In this document: piece after piece, positions 24,736 to 36,895 of the stretch
Numbering within the stretch: the stretch's first letter is position 1
Layout of the letters: each line of letters begins with the position of its first letter
Origin: Heptranchias perlo
Lineage: Eukaryota
Assembly (NCBI RefSeq): GCF_035084215.1
Contig: NC_090329.1
Location: 70,060,001-70,124,000, forward strand
Length of the DNA stretch: 64,000 bases
Direction of reading: 5' to 3'
Translations under genes and position numbers: made by a program
The notes under the pieces: model-generated
What the model was told of the DNA's origin: nothing
Database searches by the model: none
What the model saw: the letters and a program-made list of their open reading frames with translations, nothing else

Positions 24736-27019
24736 TTTTCAAGAGTTTTGGGCAATCGTTTCCTCTTTCCTAATTTTAGTGAAAATGTGATATTAGTAAA
24801 AAGTGGTAAAGTTAGCAGAAAGCACTAACAGATTATCAATCCGTGTTTAGCATTGGTCTGAAGATTTTTATCTCGCCAAAATGCATTACTGAACATTAGG
24901 AAAAAGTGAGAGAAAAAGGAAATTTTTACTTTTTCTGTTCATTAATAATCAAACTAATAGCATTTTGCAGATGTACAGTTAAAGCAAAAAACATTATAAT
25001 TTTGAAGTATCATTACAGCAGTAACAGAAGTTACACATGAAAGTTTTTTGCCAAAGCAAATGGCTGTAGAGGCCACTGCTAAGTATAATTCAACAGAGGA
25101 GCAAGAAGTGAAGGTGCCCCAGAAATGTAAAGTGCATGATTCATATCAGGGTCAAATACAAGGCCATGGCAGAGGAGATTTGTATGACCCACCAGTGAGC
25201 TAGGGATCCACATCAGATTCATATCTGGTCCACAAAGACCTATAGGAACAGTGAAGCATCTGTACTGATCTATAAGTAGCTTAGTATAGGTCTCCATTTG
25301 CCTCAACTTCAATACCACAGGAGTCCTTCCAGGCACCCACAGGGGACGTCTTAGGAGTCGGTCACTTTGTTAGTCTTTTGGATGATTAACACTTTTTGGC
25401 ACAATGATAGTTGATACTTTTCTGCCCAATGAAAGAGTCACAGACAGCAAGATACAATAAGAGTAAATTAATTTTATTCAATTGTGCAATAGTTGTGCTG
25501 TATGTGTTTTGCCAGTGTGTTATCTCTTGTGTGTTTTGAATGGCATGCTGGTAATGCAGGTGCCCTACTACTAGGTCTCCCCTACTTAACAAGTAGCACT
25601 GGTAAGTACTTGCATAAACAATTGGTGAGCTGCAGAGAATGTAGAAAGCCTGCTACTTATATCTGTGACAAACCCAGATATACCTGCATCGATAAAAAGC
25701 CCCTCTTTTCTGGAGTTGACTTGAGCTCATTGCTTTTAGAGGCAGTATCTGCTCTCATTTGTTCAAGGCTATGTATAGAACTGCTGCTAGCATGAGTGGC
25801 AATCAAGTGCTCCCATGTCACTTCACACTTGCCATTTCTGGAGGGCATCACCTCATAATTATCATTGATCTTGTGAGGAAAGAACAATGAGAGGTCTCAG
25901 AATCCCAGCCTCATGGATGCCTGTAATTATTCGCCAAGTGAGCCGAAGCTGGCCATGACTGCATCTCAGAGTTAGGACCCCAAATCGTTTATAGCAGCAC
26001 TGGGAACATTCTACTTCAGATGCCACTGGCATTGCCCTGGACTTAATGACAGATTACAGGGCAGACAATCATTGCTTCATAATGTCACTCGTAGGAGATG
26101 GTGGATTATTTATGGGTGTTGGATTCCTCAACATTATCCAGACCACTGCACAATGTAGTGTGCTGGAGACAACCAGTTCCTTAGTATGGTTCTGCTGCTG
26201 CATCAGGTGGCATTGGAAAGTAGGACAAGTAATGTCTGTATCCTCATACAATTGAGAGGCACTCAGCAAGCTGGCTCTTCAGCCTGTACCACCTGTACCA
26301 TAAACTACCACTACTGCTATTCCTTTCTCACCAGAGCTCAGTGACTCACCCTTTGCTTTCTCCACAACATTAACTACTTTGCCATAGTGTATATATTTGT
26401 GCTGGTTCCTGCTTCAAGAAGCAATGGTAATAGTTAGTGCACTGATGAGTGGTACTTCTCAGGTTAGGCTGGAGAGTAATTGGTTTCTCCTCGCTCTGTG
26501 AACAGAGAGGGTGGTAAGATTGAGTAAATAAACACACATCCACTTGTGTAATGCATTTTCATAACACGTAATATCATATGCTTGTACACAATTATTATTT
26601 CTGGACATGTTGATGTAACATACCATGCAGATCATTGAAGTCTGAATATTATGATACATACCACATGGTGTGCACTCTCCATCAATCTCTGCAGCGTCCA
26701 CACTTTCCAAGCTCTTCCTTCCAAACAGATCTATATAGTTTTATCATAATGATTGAGCAGTTTCGTATGTTGGGATCTAACACACTGCAACTTCCAATTA
26801 TGTACAAGATTAACTTTTAAACATAAAGAGCAACAGTGATTAAGATAGTGATTTAACCCATGGAAATTCCTTCCTCTAGGATATTTTCTCCCATCACGGC
26901 CTGTATAATATAATTTGTGTAACTCTGTTATTTTTGCTTCTATTACCTTACTTGAAATATCCATGGGAATATTTTTCTATGTAAGTACAGCTTTTTAGCA
27001 TATATCTTTAAGAACTAAT

Positions 27020-27767
27020 GGCCCAGAATTTGCTGTAGCCAGTCAACGAACGGCGCCTGCTGTTAGTTAGACTTGTCCTTGCCCATTTAATTTCCATGAG
27101 ACTTAGCACTGGAAGTTGCTGCAAGTGGGAGATGGAAACAGTGCAGCGCCCCCTACAGGGCATCTGGGATCTGTGTGAACAGGGCAGGCAACCGTTTATC
27201 TCCTTAACCAATCAGATTGAAGGATTGTTAAATGAAGAGTCTGAACCAGGAAGTGTAAGTTAGAATAGTGAATTTAATGTCAAATCAGGTACAGATAGAG
27301 AGGAAAAGGAAGACGGCATTAAGAGAGAGAGAAAAAAAGAGACAAAAAGAAAAACTGAAAAATAAATCCCCAACAACAATTAAAACCTGAAGGAATGAGA
27401 CTCCACGTTTATAATAGTTAATTTTCTGTGCCACAGAGGTTGTTTGGCAATAATTAACACTTATCACGCCACTAAAAAGGGTACTTAGACTGAAATTGAG
27501 GAGCCCTAACTTTCTGTGGCGAGTTTAATTCATATCTACCATGCAAGTACAGGAACTTCACACCATTCAATACATTTGACTGGAGAGTCAGATGGCGAGA
27601 TGCTGTTTTCGCAAAGCTAATGGCGGAGTGGCACATCTCGGACAGCAACTTCCGTTTTTTTGTGTTTAACTGCGCATCTGCGCTTGCCTGAAGTTGATGT
27701 GTGATTTGCGCATAAATAACGGTGAGCGCTGTTAGCCTCACTGTTTTTTGACAGCAAATTCTGGGCC
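27020..27767. mobile_element. 748-bp MITE with perfect 17-bp TIR
   Basis: GGCCCAGAATTTGCTGT (27020-27036) / ACAGCAAATTCTGGGCC (27751-27767). Confidence 0.9.
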
Positions 27768-28319
27768 ATTATTTTTCCTCATGTCCTGTACTGTTACTTT
27801 ACGGTAATATTTATGTCTTACCTTTATGTTCTTCTTTAAAGTCCTGACCTTTCTTCTGCCAGATCCTCTGGTCTTTGACACCATGTTCACTCATTCAGTG
27901 AAGCACTGCCATTCTTGTTGCTGCATTTGAAAGCTGCACTGCCCCACCAAAAAATGATCTCCAGAACTGAACTTAACTGGATGCCCAGAGCGTGGTGTGT
28001 GAAATGGACCTTTCTCAAATTTTGTTGAGCCAATTTCTCCAAAATTGAACAATCCACAGATGAATTATTGAACTTTTTGCCATTTATGCTAGTTATGTAG
28101 CAAATTAGCTGCTTCAAAAGCACTATATGATCACTATCACAGCTGCATTCGGATTGGCTCAGATATTTTCTTGCGCTGATAAAGTTGTATTCCAAAGAAT
28201 TCTCACTTTCCAAAATCACCATACTGCAATTGAATTAGTCGATCATGAATTATGAAGTAAAAGTGATAATTCTCCCAATTTTTGAATGGGGAAGATATTA
28301 CCTTATCATTTTTTTTAAT

Positions 28320-28712
28320 AAAGAAAGAACTTGGATTTATATAGCGCCTTTCACGACCTCAGGGTGCTTTACATTGTTGTAACGTAGGAAACGCAGCAGC
28401 CAATTTGGGCACAGCAGGGTCCCAGTGTGATTATAACATGATAATCTGTTTTAGTGATGTTGGTTGAGGGATAAATATTGGCAGCGCACTGGGGAGAATC
28501 CCCCTGCTCCTCTTTGAAATGGTGCCATGAGATCTTTTACGTCCACCTGAGTGGGCAGATAGAACCTTGGTTTAACATCTCATCTGAAAGACGGCACCTC
28601 CGACATTGCAGCACTCCCTCAGTACTGCACTGGAATGTCATTCTAGATTTTGTGCTCAAGTCACACGGAGTGGGGCTTGAACCATGACATTCCGAGCAAT
28701 GGCTGACACCGT
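28320..28712 (-). mobile_element. DeuSINE-like copy
   Basis: Reverse similarity to 33972-34382. Confidence 0.85.
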
Positions 28713-28947
28713 GTAAAACAACATTTTATTTCAAGTTTTAAATTAATATTTCACAGGACTAAGTGATTCTGGACATAACATCAATTTGTGCATTTTGATT
28801 TAGCTTAGGCGAAAATGCATATATAACAAAAACTACTATTTAGTCTTGTGCATCAATATGGAATGTTATCCCAATAAAGGAGAATGCACAAGACCATGAG
28901 AAACCCTGCGCCTTATATATAAAATGAAGTTGCTGTTTTGTTTTATA

Positions 28948-29060
28948 CAACAACAACTTGCATTTATGTTGCGCCTTTAACATAGTGAAACGTCCCAAGG
29001 CACTTCACAGGAACGTTATCAAACAAAATTTGACGCTGAGCCATATAAGGCGATATTAGA
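28948..29060 (-). mobile_element. L2-type LINE 3' end
   Basis: Matches 32660-32760; (CAA)n tail. Confidence 0.75.
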
Positions 29061-29061
29061 T

Positions 29062-29470
29062 CAAAAGGAAAATACTGCAGATGCTGGAAATCTGAAATAA
29101 AACCAGAAAATGCTGGAAATACTCAGCATCTGTGGAAAGAGAAACAGAGTTAATGTTTCAGGTCGATGACCTTTCGTCAGAACTGGAAGAAGTAAAGATT
29201 TAGCCGTTTTTAAGCAAGTACAGAGCCAGGGAAAGGGGGCGGGTGCAGAGATGGGGAAGCGAGGAAAGAACAAAAGGGGAGGTCTGTGACAGGATGGAGG
29301 TCAGGAGTGATTAAATGACAAAAGAGATGATGATGCAAGGCAAAAGGGATGGTAATGGAACAAGTAAAGAAACAAAAGATGGGTCTTGAGGAGCTGTAAA
29401 TGGCAATAGCAGAAATGGCAACCAGCATCTGCTGTCCGAAAAAATGGGAGCAGTGGCTATGAGCTGAAGT
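29062..29470 (-). mobile_element. Penelope-like 3' fragment with a hammerhead motif at 29147-29185
   Basis: Minus strand cagtt-CTGACGA-a-aggtc(atc)gacct-GAAA-ca-tt-aact; pyrimidine-rich 3' region upstream of the motif. Confidence 0.7.
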
Positions 29471-29471
29471 T

Positions 29472-30179
29472 ACTTTACAACCTTCCACAGGCTTCCCACA
29501 TGACAGCCAGCCAGATTGACAGGCTGGCTGCTTGTTGGATGGGAAAGCATCCGGGGAGCAAATACCAGGTAAGTCGGATGTCGGGGGGGGTGGTGGGGGT
29601 TGGTAGGTTAGGACTGGACATCGGTCAGTGGGGGGGGAGGGAGATCGGGCATCGTAGGGGATCGGAGACATCGGGGGGGTGGTCAGAGACATCAGGGGGG
29701 AAGGAGAAAATGGGGGGAAGGAGACAATGGGGGGGGGGAGCTGTGGATAGATCGGTGATTGGACATTGGCGATGGTCGGACATGGGGGGGAGGGTCGGCC
29801 AATCGAGTGTGGCGGATCGCGGCAGGTGGCTTGCTGGGCCTGGAGGATACGCTCCTGCTCCTCCGGGCCCACAAGCAGTGCTGTAAAGGCACTTACCTGT
29901 TGATCCTTCTCGCCTTCTCTTACATGGCAAGAATCACGAGGCCTAGGAATCCCGGCCCCCAGGAGTTAAAAATAAAAAAGCGGTTAAAATGGAGGCATGC
30001 AGCCTCCTTAAAAGATTTTACTGACTGGCCCGCCTCCTGAGAGCAGATTGGTTGTCTGCCTCCATTAAAACTGGAAGTGGGCGGGTTGGAGGTGGGCTGG
30101 GGTCAGGTTTTACCTCTTTACAATTTTTACCTTCCCAAACACCCCCAACTCACCCGTCCTTGGTGGTAAAATTGCCCCC
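29472..30179. mobile_element. GC-rich non-autonomous DNA element, left end truncated
   Basis: Right terminus GTAAAATTGCCCCC; internal degenerate (G)ACATCGG repeats at 29575-29820. Confidence 0.6.
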
Positions 30180-30884
30180 TAGGAATATGTCAATTCTTAA
30201 ATCTTTGCTCAGGTATTATTCAATGCTCATCCTTGGAGATACAGCAGAGATTTGGAACTTGCTGCATGAAGGATCAGGAGCATGTCAACTACATCCTTCT
30301 GCTCAATGATGTAGGACATTGCAGTGCAAGCTCACTAACTGCCCTGCTGTCCAATGTAGCGGTGAGTTTAAACTCTTTTACAGTCTGTGTTTCTTTAACT
30401 TGTCAACACAATAAGATTCTGCTGAGGAAACTGCTTTCCTGATGAATTAGATAATATTCCAGATGACACTTTATCAAAATACAAACATCCTGTTATGCAC
30501 AAAGGGCCCTATTTTCCAAAAGTGTTTTTGCATGCAAGTTAGGATTATGTTATGCACTTTTTTGCTGCTTTTCCCCAAAATGTTATTTTCAATATTTTTG
30601 CACATTTGTAAAAATAAATCACAGATTTACCTGGACAATCAGGCATGTACTAGAAAAATAACATTGCCATAGAAGCTTGAGGAACTTTTGTCCTAATTTA
30701 AAGTTATAATGAATGGGAATTCTCCCTGCCTCAACAAAAATCAATATTAGTAATTAGAAATATTGCCATATTCATCTGTATCATAAAATGAATAATTCAG
30801 CTCCTTCTAATTTTCCTGTGGTTTTCACTTGTGGGGTTGAGCTTGACTCTGCTCCAAAAGTGGCGTAACACAAGCAATGTGAAT

Positions 30885-31240
30885 TGACTCAGCCAGTGAC
30901 TCAGTGGGTAAATCATTGCATGATGTGGCACTGAGCAACTTGCATTAAGGGGGTCCTAAGTTTGATTCCAGGTCAATGCTAAGTTAGCTGATCTCAGCTG
31001 GGGCAGTCATAGGGCAATAACAGTTGTCTTCATTGTTTGAGACCAGTTGAGAGAAATAAATCCCACTCCTGACTACTATCAAGGGAATTGCATTATGAAA
31101 TATTTGGTTTTCAGGTGACGATCGGGCTCAGCTGTGATGCCCTGGGTGGTTAATAGTCTTGTGATACTCACTGCCCAGGTTCACACTTGAAGAATGGCTA
31201 TGTGGGTAAGTTATCAAAGGGCTGCTGGCAACTTTGGGAA
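30885..31240 (+). mobile_element. LF-SINE-like element
   Basis: GCTAAGTTAGCTGATCTCAGCTGGGGCAG; GATCGGGCTCAGCTGTGATGCCC; CTCACTGCCCAGGTTCACACTTGAAGAATGGC. Confidence 0.75.
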
Positions 31241-32169
31241 ATGAGGGCAAACAGGGAGGAAAAAAACAGAAACTATTAGTATAATGCTCTGCAAAGTGTT
31301 TGAAAATGTTCCCAGTGAGGAGCTTTAAATTCTTTTCTCTAATACCCAATGCTGCTCAAAAATAGTGCAAATACACAATCAAGATTTTCAAATTGGTGTT
31401 ATTTTGATGCTAGTGTTAACCGGTTTAAAATAAATGAACTCATTTGCTGTTTATCTCCTATCCTGCTTCTTTGTACCATAAGTACCATGTTACCATGTAC
31501 AGAGTCCAGGACAGTCAATATACACTACAGCACATTTTGAAGATAAGTGCCTATTAACATCTGCAGAATCCCAGTCTGTGCAAGCTACAATTAGAAGTGT
31601 TTCTGTTGAAGCATCCTGTTCTTCATTCACAGAGATCCTGCCACACTTTTAATCATGACCTCCACATCCTGGAGCATTGCCTTTTAATCCCAATTGCATT
31701 CTCAGTTCAGTTTTGATGATACAGTGCAGCAAATGGTCGACATCGTATTAATTATAGTCTTTGATTATGTCTAGCATCAAGCTTTCCTGGTTCTAGCATT
31801 AGCATCACAGGAAGGTAATGTGCAATCTGGATTATTGCATCTTTAACCCCTGCACACATTGGCACTGCATGATTCTCATTTACTCGCATCATATATTAGT
31901 CTTTTACAGAGTATAATTCCAATCCAAAAGTATAGACATTTATAAAAGCAAAATATGTGGATACTGCTTCATTTATTTGCTTTTCCACAACTACTGATTC
32001 TGATCAAGAATATTTTTTTCTGACTAGTCAATCTCTTATGGCATTGCATAAGGAAAGTCAAGACCAAGTGTAGCCTTCACGTGAAGTGGGTTTAAGAATG
32101 GGGGATAATTGGACCAGGGCACGCAGACATAAATCAGTTCCCATTCTATCCTTATTTTTATATTTTGGT

Positions 32170-32348
32170 TATAAATTCCGATGTCCCTATTAATAATGGA
32201 AACTGCCTACATAAACTTGCCATGCTGTAATAATACCCTTCTGCCAATAGTGGCGATACAGCGCTTCCTTTGGCAGGAGGGTATCATTACAGCATGGTAC
32301 GTTTACATAGGCCATTTCCATTAGAAACGTATGTATGAGAATTTATAA
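32170..32348. repeat. Imperfect palindrome (about 75-bp arms)
   Basis: CCATGCTGTAATAATACCCTTCTGCCAA pairs with TTGGCAGGAGGGTATCATTACAGCATGG. Confidence 0.8.
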
Positions 32349-32654
32349 TAAAAGAATGTTGACAGGAAGAGCATGGAGGTGTAAGATATTTTTATTTGGC
32401 CAGATCTGGCTGTCAAAATAACAGTGAGGCTAATGATGCTCGCTATTATTTATGCATAAATAGTACAACTCTAAATGAGGGGTAGATACACGGTTAAATG
32501 CCAATATTCAAAAATTGATGTCTGAGTTGCTGTTAGCTTTGTGAAAACAGCATTTCGCTGTCTGCCTCACCATTGACATGCATTGAATGTTGTGAAGTTG
32601 CAATATTTGCACGGTAGATACCAGCTAAACCCGCTGCAGATATTTACAACATCA

Positions 32655-33238
32655 CCAGCAACAACTTGCATTTATATAGTGCCTTCAATGTAGTAAAACG
32701 TCCCACGAGAGTGTTATCAAACAAAATTTGACACTGAGCCACACAAGAAGATATTAAGACAGGCCACCAAAAGCTTGGTCAAAAAGGTAGGTTTTAAGGT
32801 ACATCTTAAAGGAGAGAGAGATAGAGAGTGGAGAAGTTTAGAGAGGGAATTCCAGAGCTTAGGGCCTAGGCAGCTGAAGGCACAGCCACCAATGGTGGAG
32901 CAATTAAAATCAGGGATGCGCAAGAGGCAAGAATTGGAGGAGCGCAGAGATCTTGGAGGGTTGTAGGGCTGGAGGAGGTTACAGAGATAGGGAGGGACAA
33001 GGCAGATTGAGGCTGAGTTAGATAGATTCCTGATTAACAAGGGAGTCAAAGGTTATCGTAGGCAGACGGGTAAGTAGGGTTGAGGTCACAACAGATCAGC
33101 CATGATCTTACCAAATGGCAGATTAGGCTCGAGGGGCCGAATGGCCTACTCCTGCTGTTAATTCGTATGTACGTATGTTCGTATGAGGCCATGGAGGGAT
33201 CTGAAAACAAGGATGAGAATTTTAAAATCGAGGCGTTG
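32655..33238 (-). mobile_element. L2-type LINE 3' fragment
   Basis: RLDFKILILVFRSLHGL / PPYLCNLLQPYNPPRSLRSS...GGCAFSCLGPKLWNSL. Confidence 0.88.
33005..33185 (+). mobile_element. Short CR1 3' end nested in L2
   Basis: Near-identical to the reverse of 55032-55205; (TTCGTATG)n tail. Confidence 0.9.
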
Positions 33239-33971
33239 TCTAGCAATTACAAGCGTAAGTACCCTTTTAACGGCTTGATAAATATTAATGACTGCGAATT
33301 AACCTCTCTGGCACCGAAAATTAACTATTATAAGTGTGGAGTCTCATTTCTTCAGGTTTTGAATTGTTTTAGGAGATTTTAAAAATGTCAAATTTTTAAT
33401 TTTAATTTTTTTTTCTTATTTTTCCTTTCTGACCCTTTTTTCTCTGTCTCTTGATCCAATCTTTTTTTTCCCTCTCCTTAGTTCTCTTTTGACATTGAAT
33501 TCACCCACTCTAATTTACACTTCCTTCTCCATCCTTCCTTTGTTTATTTCTCAATCCTTCAATCTGATTGGTTTAGGAGATATCCTGTTGATTGCTCTGT
33601 TCACTCAGGCCCCAGATGCCCTGTTTCCCTCAGTGGACTGTTATCAGCTCGCACTTCCAACAACTTGTGCCGCAAAAAATTTTAAAAACTAAGCTTGCAA
33701 GTACATGTCTAACAAATGGCAGATGTTGTTAGATGCCCTGCTACAGCAAATTCTGGACCAATATATTATCCAGATTGTAGAAATTTGAATTTAATAGGCT
33801 TCAAAATTAAATTTCTGTAAACAAAGTCTGATAGACTTTTTGTGATCATGTCTAATTAGTGTTCGTAGTCCAATTTATTATGTCAGAATTTATTCCTGTA
33901 GAATACGGATTAGGATACCTGGATTTATCATCTATTCCAAGCAAGGTTGTATAAATTATCATGCTTTGGCA

Positions 33972-34382
33972 TGCCTTGGCTCAGTGGTAGCACTCTTACC
34001 TCTGAGTCAGAAGCTTGTGGGTTTAAGTCCCACTCCAAAGACTTCAACACATAATCCAGGCTCTCACTTTGTTGCAGTACTGAGGAAGTGCCAATGTCGG
34101 AGGTGCCGTCTTTCAAATGACGTTAAACCGAGGCCCCATCTGCTCTCTTAGATGGACATAAAAGATCCCATGGCACTATTCGAAGAAGAGCAGGGGAGTT
34201 CTCCTGGCCAATAGTTATCCCTCAACCAACACCACTAATAAAAACAGATTGCCTGGTCATTATCTCATTATTGTTTATGGGACCTTGATGTGTGCAAATT
34301 GGCTGTCACGTTTCCTACATTACAACAGAAGTCCTGAGGTTGCGATATGTGCTATATAAATACAAGTTCTTTCTTTTCTTTC
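33972..34382 (+). mobile_element. Near full-length SacSINE1/DeuSINE-like tRNA-derived SINE
   Basis: A box TGGCTCAGTGG 33977-33987, B box GGTTTAAGTCC 34020-34030, Deu-domain-like core GGAGGTGCCGTCTTTC...AAAAGATCCCATGGCACTATT. Confidence 0.88.
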
Positions 34383-35293
34383 TTATGACAGGTACAGTGT
34401 AATTCTGTCAGCAATTCAAGTGGGAATGCAATACATCAAATAGGCTGGAACAACCCAGGTAATTGCCTTCAGCAACATTTTTGAATGTGATCAGTGATCT
34501 TCTAAGACAATTGCAGAGGACACAGGCCCTTTGAAGATAGATGTGGGGTGATTGTCATGACATTCAGGGATCACTGGAAATCAGCACACTTACAGTCCTC
34601 TGAATCCATTTATTATTAATGCTTTATGGCCACTTTTCTTATGGAAACTGAAATATGTTGGTGTTAAGTCAGTGCTTTGTACATTAATTTGGATTATCAA
34701 ATAACTGTAGCTCTGTAACTTCAGTTAAACTGGTAGATAGAGTTTCTCTAGTGCTAATTATTTATGATCTTCATTCATTTACTTCTGGAGGTGGGGGGAA
34801 TTGGTTCAGTTCTCTGTAGTCCATCTGTTGCAATACAGTTGCACTAGTTTATGGACTGGTGTTCAGCATAAGATATAACAAGCTTAAGTTAGCATAGGGA
34901 AATTCAGTTCACCACATAGGACTTGAAATTCCTCTTTTTGCAAAAAAATACAGGAGAGGCCTATTTTTCTCATCTATCATAAACTATTATGAAAGCATGG
35001 GAACGAACACAATTGAAACTTGCATTTTCTGTGAAAAAGACTTTGTTGGTAATAATAAATAAATATTAGTCAATCATGATACATCAGCAGTAATGAAACT
35101 TTAACACTTTCAAAAAAGTAGCCAATGAGCAATTTAATCAGTACAAATCTCCCAAGCTTAATTATTGAAGCTGTGGAGTAATTGTGGTAAGGGAATGGCT
35201 CAAGGGCAAGTAAGAAAATCACAGGGATGATATACTTTTTGACTATAGTTAAACATACCAAGAAAGACTTGCGTTTATATAGCACCTTTCACT

Positions 35294-36895
35294 ATTTTTT
35301 TTATTCATTCATGGGATGTGGGCGTCGCTGGCAAGGCCAGCATTTATTGCCCATCCATAATTGCCCTTGAGAAGGTGGTGGTGAGCCACCTTAAGAACAT
35401 AAGAACATAAAAAATAGGAGCAGGAGTAGGCCAATCGGCCCCTCGAGCCTGCTCCGCCATTCAATAAGATCATGGCTGATTTGATCCTAACCTCAAATCT
35501 AAATTCATGTCCGATTTCCTGCCCGCTCCCCGTAACCCCTAATTCCCTTTACTTCTAGGAAACTGTCGATTTCTGTTTTAAATTTATTTAATGATGTAGC
35601 TTCCACAGCTTCCTGGGGCAGCAAATTCCACAGACCTACTACCCTCTGAGTGAAGAAGTTTCTCCTCATCTCAGTTTTGAAAGAGCAGCCCCTTATTTTA
35701 AGATTATGCCCCCTAGTTCTAGTTTCACCCATCATTGGGAACATCCTTACTGCATCCACCCGATCAAGCCCCTTCACAATCTTATATGTTTCAATAAGAT
35801 CGCCTCTCATTCTTCTGAACTCCAGTGAGTAGAGTCCCAATCTACTCAACCTCTCCTCATATGTCCACCCCCTCATCCCCGGGATTAACCGAGTGAACCT
35901 TCTTTGTACTGCCTCGAGAGCAAGTATGTCTTTTCTTAAGTATGGAGACCAAAACTGTATGCAGTATTCCAGGTGCGGTCTCACCAATACCTTATATAAC
36001 TGCAGCAATACCTCCCTGTTTTTATATTCTATCCCCCTAGCAATAAAAGCCAACATTCCGTTGGCCTTCTTGATCACCTGCTGCACCTGCATACTAACTT
36101 TTTGATTTTCTTGCACGAGGATCCCCAGATCCCTTTGTACTGCAGTACTTTCCAGTTTCTCGCCATTAAGATAATAACTTGCTCTCTGATTTTTCCTGCT
36201 AAAGTGCATAACCTCACATTTTCCAATATTGTATTGCATCTGCCAAATCTCCGCCCACTCACCCAGCCTGTCTATATCCCCTTGTAGGATTTTTATGTCC
36301 TCCTCACTCTCTACTTTCCTTCCCATCTTTGTATCATCTGCAAACTTTGATATGTTACACTCGGTCCCCTCCTCCAAATCGTTAATATAGATTGTAAAGA
36401 GTTGGGGACCCAGCACCGACCCCTGCGGAACACCACTGGCTACTGGTTGCCAGTCCGAGAATGAACCATTTATCCCAACTCTCTGCTTCCTGTTAGATAA
36501 CCAATCCTCCACTCATGCCAGAATATTACCCCCAATCCAGTGATTCTTTATCTTGAGCAATAATCTTTTATGTGGTACCTTGTCGAATGCCTTCTGGAAG
36601 TCTAAATACACTACGTCCACTGGTTCCCCTTTATCCACCCTGTACGTTATGTCCTCAAAGAACTCAAGCAAATTTGTCAGACATGACTTCTTGAACCGCT
36701 GCAGTCCGTGTGGTGAAGGTTCTCCCACAATGCTGTTGGGAAGGAGTTCCAGGATTTTGACCCAGCAACGATGAAGGAACGGCGATATATTTCCAAGTCG
36801 GAATGGTGTGTGACTTGGAGGGGAATGAGCAGGTGGTGTTGTTCTCATGTGCCTGCTGCCCTTGTCCTTCTAGGTGGTAGAGGTCATGGGTTTGG
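35294..36895 (-). mobile_element. LINE-B 3' fragment split by CR1
   Basis: 35294-35392 and 36687-36895 rejoin as GAGCCACCTT-CTTGAACCGC, as in 14581-14600. Confidence 0.9.
35393..36688 (-). mobile_element. Young CR1 LINE, 1.3-kb 3' fragment
   Basis: 335-aa uninterrupted ORF 35505-36512 (GVPQGSVLGP, FADD, RPHLEYC); tail AAGAACATAAGAACAT. Confidence 0.96.

Larger units (their letters stand above)
32398..33759. mobile_element. Second, inverted copy of the 27020 MITE, interrupted by LINE fragments
   Basis: 32398-32650 and 33240-33759 are reverse-similar to 27020-27767; ends ACAGCAAATTCTGGACC. Confidence 0.85.

Noticed and set aside
25880-26420. Possible decayed coding or transposon remnant (also 21340-22060, 38050-38450, 46700-47200)
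   Set aside because: No motif, terminus or second copy could be identified by eye
29575-29820. CRISPR-like or regular tandem array
   Set aside because: Short degenerate ACATCGG motifs at irregular spacing in eukaryotic repeat DNA
29210-29930. 220-aa proline-rich ORF and overlapping ORFs
   Set aside because: Product of G-rich low-complexity sequence inside transposon fragments
33972-34040. tRNA gene
   Set aside because: A/B boxes belong to a SINE head followed by SINE body and tail
36513-36848. Chimeric ORF as a novel fusion gene
   Set aside because: Chance read-through across the LINE-B/CR1 junction, out of frame for LINE-B
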